Shown piece after piece: positions 1-10,700 of a stretch of DNA of 64,000 bases (the first letter of the stretch is position 1; each line of letters starts with the position of its first letter). The stretch comes from Balanoglossus misakiensis. Lineage: Eukaryota; Animalia; Hemichordata. The position numbers and the translations under genes are program-made. The notes under the pieces are model-generated. The model was given only the letters and a program-made list of their open reading frames with translations, was not told the DNA's origin and ran no database searches. The stretch is taken from NCBI GenBank assembly GCA_040954595.2, contig CM082582.2, forward strand, positions 2,836,303-2,900,302, read 5' to 3'.

Positions 1-321
1 TAGAATTTGGATGGCCATTGAATTACACATTATCCCATCACCCACTTCCAGTTTCCACCAACCACAAATCAGCAGTGCTGTACCCAGATCACGTAGACAG
101 ATATATCTCTAAGGAGGTAGCCCTAGGCGGGTCAGTGGGGCCCTTTCACGACAATCCCTTTGACAAACCTCTTATGTTATCCCCGTTATGTTATCCCCGC
201 TTCAAACTGTTGACAAGAAGGATTCGCCGGATCGACTGGTGGTTATCGATCCGAGTTTCCCTATCGGCCACTCAGTGAATGATGGGATACCTTCTGATTT
301 CTATTTGGATGGGCCTTTTCC

Positions 322-927
322 TTGACTTACCCTGGCGTCGATGATCTCACTAAGCTTATCAGAATAAAAGGCCCTGGTTGTTTACTTTACAAGCGTGATT
401 TGAAACGGGCTTACCGCCAAATTCCTGTCGATTCGCATGACTATTTCCTATTGGGGTACAGGTGGAGAGAAATGATTTTCTTTGACACTAAATTGCCCTT
501 TGGGTTACGAATGGCCTCCATTGCATGCCAGCGCACTACCAATGCAGTCCGGTATATATCACAACAGGAGGGAAGCGATTGTGTGAATTATTTAGATGAT
601 TTTGCTGGTGCGGAATCAGTCGATAAGGCTGATTTTGCATTCACTCAATTGGGCAATTTACTTATTATTGAGCTTGGTCTTGATGAATTATCGGGAAAAG
701 CTTGTTCCCCGTCCCCAGTAATGACCTTCCTTGGTCGACAATTCAATACTATTGACATGGCTATGAGTGTGCCACAGCAGAAACTTGAAGAAACTAAACA
801 GTACCTCCCCATGTGTGGTTGTCTAGGAAATGGTCTAATAAAAGATAATTACAGTCCCTTATCGGTAAACTGGCCTTTCTGGCAGGTTGCGTCAGACCAA
901 GGCGGGTCTTTATCTCACGGTTATTAG
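322..927 (+). pseudogene. DIRS-type reverse transcriptase core (frameshifted)
   Basis: DLKRAYRQIP, LPFGLRMAS, YLDDF and MTFLG motifs in the ORF track. Confidence 0.9.
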
Positions 928-999
928 ACAAGTTGCGCACACTGCGACGTCAACATCATCGTTTCCATATCAATGCCGAGTTCAAAAAAGATATTCTGT

Positions 1000-1530
1000 G
1001 GTGGACCTCATACCTAGAGCATTTCAATGGTATATCAATGTACCCACTGGGGATTGGGGGTTCCCAGACCAATTTCTCACCACAGATGCATGCTTACTAG
1101 GGGCCGGTGGCACCTTTCTGGGTGAGTATTTCCATTGCCAATTTCCCCAAACCATTCGTGAAAAAGAATACCACATCAGCATTCTAGAATTCTTGACTGT
1201 AATGGTTGCATGTAAACCGTGGGCCAATCAACTAACGGGCAGACAATTTATCATTCAGTGAGATAACGAAGCCACTGTTCACGTCCTTGACTCCGGTCGT
1301 ACGAGAGATGTTGAAATGCGCAAGGGAAATATGGTTCGTTGCTTCCCAATATCAGTTTCAAATCAAGGCAGTACATGTCAGCGGCCCTTCTAATCGTATT
1401 GCAGACATACTCAGCCGTTGGGACACCGATGATCGTAGCCATGCCAAATTCATAGAATTGACAGGGGCTAAACAATTGACAGAAAAGTACGTCGACAGCA
1501 CATTATTCAATTTCACTCATGACTGGTATT
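1000..1530 (+). pseudogene. DIRS-type RNase H domain (disrupted)
   Basis: TDAC, ILE, DN (after a TGA at 1259-1261) and NRIADILSR catalytic-type motifs. Confidence 0.8.
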
Positions 1531-1559
1531 TTCTCCATTTTTCACAGGAGCAGAAGCCT

Positions 1560-1933
1560 TCAACAAAGGATTAAGAATATTCCACCGAAAGTGGACCTCT
1601 ACCATTTCCGCTGCTTATGCACATGGGACAATTTCAAATTTTCACTCGCAGTGGAAGACTTTCTTCCTGTTTTGCATTTTCAATGGTTTGAAGCCAGTTC
1701 CTGCCTCCACAACCAGTTTAGCTTTGTTCGTTCAGTGTTTATCGGCAACAATTAGAAATGTTGGTACCTTGAAAATCTACCTTAATGCAGTTCGCCTGCT
1801 ACACGAGTTGAATGGTTTTGACGGGCAAGTGGTTCACCATCTGTCTTTATGTTTAACTTTGCAGGGCATCACACACACCTACCATCAAGTTCCCAAACGC
1901 AAATTAGCCATCACGCCTTCTATTTTGCCGTGA
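1560..1933 (+). pseudogene. Tyrosine recombinase N-terminal (SAM-like) fragment
   Basis: AYA.GT..N...W..F..FC and TLKIYLNAVRLLHELNG pattern directly after RNase H, the DIRS/Ngaro gene order. Confidence 0.7.
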
Positions 1934-2300
1934 TTTTAAAGACTGGTGTTTTCGTCTGTACAATCCATTCTTGTACAATATTCTCTTTAAATTTCACAAG
2001 CTCAGAATAAAATCGTGATATTTGTTTTCAAAGCCAACATTTCACAATAGTTGAAACCCATGTTGAAATATAAAGGAACTGTTACCCACTATTCAAAACA
2101 TTGTGATGAAATGCTCGAGACTCAGATCTGGAAAGCCCTTAGTCTGAAATTTAGCAGTGACTTTCTGGTGACATTGAATGTGATGTACATAATAATTAAT
2201 CTTTCTGGCCACGTAACCTCCCGCGTTGATCAGTTAAGCTTGTGACTCCTTAGGTTCATTGCAATAAGATGCAATATTATTTCGTGACCACGAGATAATT

Positions 2301-2466
2301 ATCTCGTGCGCACGACTTAGTATCTCGTGCGCACGACTTAGTATCTCGTGCTCACGACTTAGTATCTCGTGCGCACGACTTAGTATCTCGCGCTCACGAC
2401 TTAGTATCTCGTGCTCACGACTTAGCATCTCGTGCCCACGACTTAGTATCTCATGCTCACGAGATA
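2301..2466. repeat. 21-bp tandem repeat (~8 copies), probably the internal part of a MITE
   Basis: Unit atctcgtgcgcacgacttagt starting at 2301, 2322, 2343, 2364 and onward; self-complementary cacgag/ctcgtg core. Confidence 0.9.
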
Positions 2467-2854
2467 AAAAAAAAATTTTGCTTTACGAAATGTCCCTAAC
2501 GGGCTTTCATACATATCACATAAGTCATTTATATTTTCATTTTCTATGGTGTTGATTTGAAACCCAGTCAGTATCTCATATTCTGTTCCACATAGAAACA
2601 AACTTTCAGCCTCATTTACCATAAAGCTCCTACCCTAGGAGATAGGTGCCGTTAATCAGAATTTTTGGTAAGGAAGGTTTGAGAAGTCAATTATATGTAA
2701 AAAATGGTGCTGATTCCATAAAAGTCAGTCTTATTGACCCCACTCAAGACAAAATTCAGTATATGTTTGAATTTGGAATCATTTTTCATTCTCTTTTGTA
2801 TATATTCACAGTGCTACAACATATTTTGTATGCTAGAACCTTAATATATATGTC

Positions 2855-3030
2855 GGAGTATGATAGGCTGTCAAACATTCATTTGGCGGCCATATTGGAT
2901 TTATGCAAAATATAAAGTGCAAATGCAAATATTTTTTTTCAAAATTGTTCCAAATGTCATAGAGGTAGATTTGAATAAAACATACTAAAATTGCTTGCGT
3001 ATTACCCATTAACTGCCCAAATATGTTTTT
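2855..3030 (+). repeat. Dispersed repeat; diverged inverted copy at ~59300-59475
   Basis: tttcaaaattgttccaaatgtcatagag is the reverse complement of ctctatgacatttggaacaattttgaaa at ~59362-59390; flanks also align. Confidence 0.75.
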
Positions 3031-3515
3031 TAAGAATACTGTTCACCATATTGAATTTATGCAAATTATGAAAACTGCCCATGTCAAATATTATTCCAAA
3101 ATGTTTCTTCATGAACATGACATATTTTTAAACTTTAAAATCATGGAAAAATAATAACAAGATGGTGAAAAAAAAGAATCCTTTAGCTTTTGAGATTTTT
3201 TTTATTAGTAAAATCTTTGCAAACTTATAAGGTTGACAATCTCTTGACATAAAAATAAACTAAAAAGAAAACTTTCGCCAAAACGCACAGCATGACTGAA
3301 CTATTGAGTAAATGTAGTATAACATGTCATTAATTAAATTAACTTTATTTAATTGTAATTGTATTTAATTTTCCTTACGTGTACTTTATTTTGAGTTTGG
3401 CAGCTAGTTGAAAATATATAATTTGGATACTGTTGATCGTAAAACTCATCCAAATTGACCTTACTGCCTGATGGAGTACATGGTGTACTTTTTGAAATAT
3501 CTGTAATGGGAGCTA

Positions 3516-4085
3516 TCAGTCAATCAATCAATCGAAAACATTTATATGGCGCCAATATCCAGAGTACGGTTCAGTGGCGCCCGATGGTTGTTCACACACT
3601 GTAGGCTTTTTTAAGGATGTACGTTCAGTAAAATTGAAAGTATTGTCATTTTTTTAATTGTGGATTTTTTTATTCTCCTTTGTATGTATAATGAAAATCC
3701 ATAATAAAATATAGGGGTCACCGCGCTTGTTTTTGAAATACAGAGCCATGAATTTGGTCGATAATAGAAGAAATCTGCTGACTCAGCATTTTTCACCAAT
3801 GGTTTGTCTATGGGCAAATTTTTTAACGCAATTTATCTCAAAATAGAGCGCGGTGACCCCTATATTTTATTTGACCAATGAATTTATATTTGCTGGACTG
3901 AGCTATGTGTAAGATTTCGTGAAAATGACAATAGTAGAAGTTTGTTTTCTGGCGATTATCAATGTAATCCTATGGGAAAAAGACCGGGCGCGCAGTGTTT
4001 CCGGTTTATGTTCTGCGCGTACATCCTTAAACAAGTAAGTCTGCAGTTTCCCCTTAAAAGCGTCTAGACAGGGAGCTAGAGGCAT
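3516..4085 (-). mobile_element. 3' fragment of an L2/CR1-group LINE, split by a MITE
   Basis: Minus strand reads ...LDAFKGKLQTYLF|KKAYSV*, a typical ORF2 C-terminus, once the MITE is removed; followed by a ggcgccatataaat...(ttga)n tail. Confidence 0.65.
3615..4026. mobile_element. MITE with TTAA target duplication (Kolobok-like)
   Basis: ttaa|ggatgtacg ... cgtacatcc|ttaa; internal inverted repeat aaaatataggggtcaccgcgct (~3706) / agcgcggtgacccctatatttt (~3847). Confidence 0.8.
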
Positions 4086-5867
4086 ATGCCTGCTTGGTTC
4101 GCTTCGGTGAATGTATTTTCGACGGACATAAGTGCAGATTTCTGCAGCACAAAATAATAAGTCTAGTACTTCTCTGATTGGGTGCTATCTTCACAGAGGA
4201 CGTTGGTGTGGAAGGACGAGTCCAGCAGAAGGTTTTCTTCAAGCAGCTCCATGCCTGACTTCTTTTGCTCCAATGCACAGACGATGATACTGACAAGATT
4301 TTTGAGTGACCTTATATTATGAAGAAAAGCAATCAGTTATATCGGTACGTTAAGAGATTGTAACCGGGGCGTTTGTTCAGATTCGGTATTTTGTTCATGA
4401 AATGAGTGGAAACACTTTGATCAGAATCACTCTCCACTCAGTATGCTTAGGACCTGAGTTAAGAATAACATTGACATTGACCGAGATATTTTCGTAAATA
4501 GCCTTACTCATATTGATGGTTGCATTAATTACTTTTGCATCTTATTTTAAGTAATGTGTTCTCATCCGAGGAAGTTTGCAGTTCTGTAAATTCGTCTTCA
4601 GACTCAACTGCTTCACATTTTTAATCTGAGAGGAATGTTCTTCATCACTATCCGAATCAACATCGTCTATTGAGCGCCTGGCTATGAAACCATCGCCACA
4701 TCTGCATCAATAGTTAAATCTCCAGGCAAAACAGCTGTCTCATTAACATCCGTCGTGTTTACTCTGACATTCATGATAAACATGCAGCACTATAGACATT
4801 TGTGTTGCAAGATTTGAATGAAATTCATCTCCGCATGTGGAGGAAGGACAGACCGAAATTTGTACGCCCCACTGGAACATGGCCATGGGGACAAACAGAA
4901 CTATTGCAATTACCTCACAACCATCAACTGCTGCCATGGGCGGTATTTCGAATTCCGTTCCAGGAAAAAAAAACAACAACACAGGTTTGAAGTGATAGCG
5001 AACTAAAGTATATACGTTTATTAAAATAACACTAATTATAATCAAATAATTCCGATCATATCCATCCATATTCCAAATATATTCAATCAATTATCACATT
5101 TATGTGGCACATTGTACAGACAAACACAACACAATACAGCACAGGTATTACAGTTAGTCCAAAAAGATATCCTCCAGTAGTTGAATGTACGCATGTGCAC
5201 ATAATAACTACCTAGATGTATAGTGAATATGTCCTCAAGACATTGGAAACCTGCGATAATTAATACACCTGTGCCACATTTGTTCAAAAATAAATGTAGT
5301 TACAATTCAATTCCAATACGGTTTAAATGCAGACTTTATTTATTTAGCTTAATCTTAATTATTAAATGTAATAAAGCGACAGTGTTGCGCTTACTGTAAG
5401 AAAAACCTAACTAGCAATCATAAATAATATTTTGCATTCGATCATTGAGTCAATAACATGGATAAAGCTCAAAGCCAGAACAGTAATCTATGTGTCATTT
5501 TGCAACTTCGGAGCAGGGTCTAGGTTTCTTACAAAACGCGAAATCCCGAGGACCAACACAATATGCACAGCCAGATATGCAGCGATAAAGCATAGCACTA
5601 GAACCATGAAAGTGTTGCCATTGTTACCGAGTTCGTCACCTGTCAAGAAAAAATATTGATAGCAAAAAAGCTTAAAGTGCAGAATATGAGGCCTTGGGCT
5701 ATAGGCGTGGGCAGGATTCATTCGGGTTACTTGTGACGTTGGCAGGATCCATTCAGGTTACTTATGAAATACAGAATTATATATTTGCGAGCATAACCAT
5801 CTATATATTCAATAAAATCACTAGGCAAATATATTTTACCATTGACTGGTACATGGCCAATCAAAAA

Positions 5868-5868
<1 letters not shown>

Positions 5869-5947
<79 letters not shown>
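5869..5947. repeat. (CA)n microsatellite
   Basis: About 39 CA units seen directly. Confidence 0.98.
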
Positions 5948-5948
<1 letters not shown>

Positions 5949-6315
5949 ACATCAGCAGCACAGCGTGGCCTAGCACAGACAACCATAAATGCAGCCAGAA
6001 GACAAAATCGTGAAAGAAAGATGCACGGACCTCTGGCAAAATAAAGAAGTGATATCATGCATTTTAAGGCCGCCCAGTCTCATTTTATATTATTTGATTG
6101 TGTTTTGTTTCTACAATTGTGATTGTGAAGCACAGTGGGCCTATACTTACAGCGGGGCACTTTCGAATCGCCATCGACAACACTAATGCTTGGGAAATGT
6201 TGGCACAGTGGACCTTTACATGCAGTATGAGGAGAGAAGATGCTGGCGTCGATTGTATCTGTTGATATGGAGACAGAATCAGTGTGGGCTCCCTCAACGT
6301 CTGGTTCAGTCCCAT

Positions 6316-6367
6316 CAATCAATCAATCAATCAACAAAGTTTATATAGCGCCAAAATCCCCCCCCCC
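6316..6367 (-). mobile_element. Extremely 5'-truncated L2-type LINE/SINE tail
   Basis: Minus strand: poly-G, gattttggcgctatataaactttg, (ttga)n; flanked by a cccat direct repeat (6311-6315 and 6368-6372). Confidence 0.65.
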
Positions 6368-7319
6368 CCCATGCACTACAGTTGTAGCCGTTATAGTAGG
6401 GTTTTCCTTCAAGATGAAACCAGACACGCTCTCAGTGCCCTTGTAATCAGGGATGTCTGTCAGAACTTCGTTATCTGTCGTTTCGTATCGCTGCATTACG
6501 GTTAACTCTAACGAGGATTCTGTTTCAGTCATTCTAGTTTCAGATTTAGCATCAGCGCCAGTATCTTCTGTGACATCTGTTGACATTTTTGAATAACTGG
6601 TGTCAGTAACATCAGAGCTAACATGGTCTGTATACCCAGGTGTATTCGACACTGGTTCACCTGTAATGTAAAACCCACAAGATATAACTGGTTTAGGATA
6701 AGTGGTATTCAAAGAAGCGTTGGGTCACAAAAGGGCGCCATGTTTACTTCGGCTTGTATTAGTGATTCATTGAAGTCTGTTAGGTCCATATCTGACAAGA
6801 AACTGCCACGCTGAATATTGCAATTTCTGGTAACATCATTCATTCAAACTGCAATAAATCGATGGTGCAGATCGGATACACCTCTTAGTAAAACGGGTTT
6901 CCCGTTTATTTTTGGAGGACGTTTACACTTATTTTGTCTGCCGGTAATGTGGATAATGTAACGTTCTCGCGACGAAGGTTTTATTAGACACGCAAGAGAG
7001 AACCAATACAAGAAGTGGCGATGCAGTTCTTTTCTGAGATGGCGACATTTCAGTACTTGCATGTCGCAATCGTTCGTGACTCAAGTTACATTAGAGTTCA
7101 ACATATTAACAAACATGGTACAATTATTACGCCACAACTTTGCAATACAATGAAACTGCACACAACACCACATTTAGATTGTGCAAAAACAGACCTACAC
7201 TAGCCCACAAATATAAATAATCTCCATTCAGCGCGGACTTTTTCATCAACAGTTCCAGTTTTACCTAGTGTGAACATGGTATCAGTCTACAGTTTGGTTC
7301 AATGTGGTTCAACCACATG

Positions 7320-7497
7320 CAGTAAAAACCTGTCGAAATGGAACATGACGTATCTGGAAAACTGTCTATAATGAACACATTTTCCTGTCCCCTTGACATA
7401 GAACCACGTGTTAAAAGAACCTTTACAAACCGGAAACGTCTGTAAACTGAACAATTTCTTCTGTCCCTTTGGTGTTCGGATTAGACGGGTTTTACTG
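7320..7497. mobile_element. Tc1/mariner(pogo)-like MITE
   Basis: Imperfect TIRs cagtaaaaacctgtc ... gacgggttttactg followed by TA. Confidence 0.6.
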
Positions 7498-7757
7498 TAC
7501 ATGTGTTTTGGTCATAGAGAATTGTCACTCAACCTTAGAAAATACCATTATTATGATCTTTCAGATTCAAATCTATATCAGTCTATTACTGAAATAACAC
7601 ACCATCGTAATCAAAACCATTATTACAATAGTGACTGAAGCTCATTGTGATGAAATTCCTAGAGTTTCTTCATCAAAAGATCAAGCAGTTGACTCACATT
7701 GCAAGTATCAGATTTGTGATGTCATTTTTATTCCAACATTAAACGTCTTTATTCCAG

Positions 7758-10700
7758 AATGATTCCACAGCATTGCATGCAGCGTCCTTCAAAGGTAAAT
7801 TGGATGCTGTCAGGGTGTTGATTAGCCATGGTGCAGATGTCAATGCGAAGGATGAGGTATGTGAACTGACTTATCACTTAATTATGGATAACGTGGCCAC
7901 ACAATTGGATAATAAAAAAATGCCTTTGAAAAAGACCTAATTACAACACTCTTATTTTCATCCAAAATTACTTTGCATGATCCAAATTCAATGGGAAGAA
8001 ACAAGCTAACCCTGAACAAGAAGAGGGAAAGGCCAAAAAGTATTACCCATACTGATTTAGTTTTACTAACCATGATACCCTTGGGATCCAGCCATAGGAA
8101 GGACAGTGGGACACATTGCACTCTAAATTTAACAATCTTTACAATTTAGCCAAAGATGTTGAACCATAGTGTATTTGACACATTTGTTCCGAATGATTAA
8201 ATATGTTCCAGAAAGTAAATTTTGATGGATTTTTTTGTGTTTCACCAAAGTTAACAAATTTTTATTTTTTTTCAAGCCATCTCTGAAATTTTGCTGGCAA
8301 TCTTTTTTTAAATCTTCCAGATCCCCTCCATCCTTAGTTAAGCTATGGAGTCTAAAACATCCAATGTTAAAAGCTATATGACCAGTCAAAGCGTTTTCCT
8401 CGCTGTTAGAATCAATTGAGATTCTTCACCGTCATTCTTTGATCTGTATTCATTTTAACAGTCGGCAATTTTCATTTTGTGTGTAGAAGGACTGTGGATT
8501 ATCCTTTCAAATCAGTCAGTATGCCATTCTTGGTTGTTCTTTTGCAATATGGCTGATACTTTTGATATTTGTTTATTTATTTGTAGGTTTGTTTGTTTGT
8601 TTAAAGAAACCTCATATTACATTTCAATTTTTGTGACATTGTTCCCATGCTTCTCCTTCATTACTTACAGGATGGAGTCACCCCTTTGAATGATGCAGCA
8701 GAGTTTGGTGGTGAAGGCTGTGTCAGATTGTTATTGGAACACAAAGCTGATGTTACCATACAAACCCAGGTAAATACCAACTTGACTTCTGCAGGGTAAT
8801 CTATCAGTATGGAATGATTTATTCATTTATTTTTTGTCTGTTTGTTTGTTTGTTTTTTGTTTAAGGAAAATTACACATTACGTTTAATTTTTGTGACATT
8901 GTTCTCAGGCTCCTCCTTCATTACTTACAGTGGGGAGACACCCCTTTGCACTCTGCAGCAAGGAGGGATGTTGGTGAAGGCCGTGTCAGATTGTTATTGG
9001 AACACAAAGCTGATGTAACCATACAAAACAAGGTAAATACCCACCTGACTTCTGCAGGTAAATTCTAAAAGTATGAGCTTTCTCAATAGTGCCATTTCCT
9101 CTGTAGTTTTCTTAGTAAATTGTGTCTGGGATACAATGTATATATTTGTCCATTGCCCTTTGAATCAAAACTACTCCCTCCATTGGTCAGGTGTTGTACA
9201 GACAGACTGATGACAGTCCATGCCAATCCTATCACAGAAAGTATCAGATAGGGTGATTGTCTGTCGGCCTCCAGCATCTGCCAACTCCTGTCTGGTACCT
9301 AATACAATTCATCATAAGGAGGTGCCATATAATTTATCATTGTCCTTTGAATCAAAACTACTTCCTCTCGGCCAGGTGTTGTCCAGACACAGGCAAGTAT
9401 TGATTCATTATGGTGATGTGATTGTCTCTCCTATATCTGAGACATTTGATCTCCACTGTGAGCAATTTGGAGTTATGAGAAAGGGGGATTGTCTCCAGCA
9501 TCTGCCAAAAACTGTCTTGTTGAACATAAGGATATTGTTGTTTATTGCATTGTTTATCGTCAATCTTTTGTGGTTTAAATAATAATCTCATTATTGGCAC
9601 AGCAATTTCTGTCTGTCCTTCTGTAGACAGATTTTGTTCCACTCATATCTTGAGAGAAATTGAATCCAATGATATGAAATTGTGTATGTAGCATTGTTAT
9701 GATAAGTTCTAGATCTGATAAGATTTTGGTGGGTATGGCTTATTAATAAATTCTCCTTTGCATATTTGTGTGTGGTCGAACGTTGATTCACTACATACAC
9801 ATGTAGAATAACATAAACAGTGTCTTGTATCAAACATAATTAATGGAAAAAGGGAAGCGAGAGAGAGAGAGACTTTGTCCCTTTAATATTCAGGAGTTTA
9901 CTTTTCTTGTATACGTACACTCTTATAACGATTGTAAATCTTGAGAATGGCTATCAAGTTGACAACCCTCGCACAAGTACATCATGTACATAAACAAAAA
10001 TAGTCTGGTTTGTGGAGCCTCCTCCCTTTTTTACAGGAAGTACTTTCAAAATATTTTTATGCAATCAGTCCACACTCATGCTCAGTTTTGTGTCAGAATT
10101 ATAGTCATAGCAACATTTTGAGTAAGACTTGCGGCTCTGATTGGGGCCGTTTTAAACTGGGGTTTGTTTGGCAACTTTTAGGACCAAAGGACGGATGCGC
10201 AGCCATGGTCACATCACACATGTCAAGTTGGAGACGTGCTGGGGGCAGGGGTGCTTGTTGACGGTGCCGAGAGGAGTCGGCCAGTTTTAGCTTGTACTTC
10301 AGGCCGAATAGCGCAGTGCCAACCCAATTTACCTTTTATAAACTTTATAAAATATAATACATTTTAACATTAAATTGTTCAGTCGGATGATTTTTTTCAT
10401 CATTCTGAGCAACACAGCGGCAGCATTTGGATTGCTCTTTCTCTTGGAAATAGCCCAAGCTTATAAAACATGAGGTCTGTGTGGCTCCACTCCTCAGCTT
10501 CTCATCACTGTCTGTCACTTACCCAATCATTTCAAAGGGGTGATCAAGATGGCCAGAACAGCCAGTTTTAACCAACCAGGTTCCAGAACCTGAGAGAAGG
10601 CGCTAAAAGCATGCAATAGATATATTGATGAGATAAACATTGGGAACAATAGGATTAAGGGAAGTGTGACTGGTCCAATCTGTTCTGTTTTAGTGTGGGG

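Larger units (their letters stand above)
1..1933 (+). mobile_element. Decayed DIRS/Ngaro-type tyrosine-recombinase retrotransposon fragment (RT, RNase H, N-terminal part of recombinase)
   Basis: RT motifs NHKSA..E...G..GPF, KRDLKRAYRQIP, LPFGLR and YLDDF; RNase H motifs TDACLLGAGG, HISILE and HVSG..NRIADILSR; then a recombinase N-terminal-like segment (SAAYAHGTISNFHSQWKTF..PASTTSLALFVQCLS..YLNAVRLLH). Several frameshifts; truncated near 1933. Confidence 0.9.
5533..6660 (-). pseudogene. Exons of a minus-strand gene for an acidic Ser/Thr-rich stalk plus transmembrane helix (exons 6660-6220 and 5639-5533), disrupted by an insertion
   Basis: Acceptor ttacag|GTGAACCA and donor GCAT|gtaaag; acceptor ttgacag|GTGACGAA and donor TTT|gtaaga; phase-1 join is compatible. 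Second exon encodes FMVLVLCFIAAYLAVHIVLVLGI. A 57-bp insertion carries a stop codon. Confidence 0.55.

Noticed and set aside
5694-6058. HT/VC-repeat ORFs
   Set aside because: Translations of the (CA)n microsatellite
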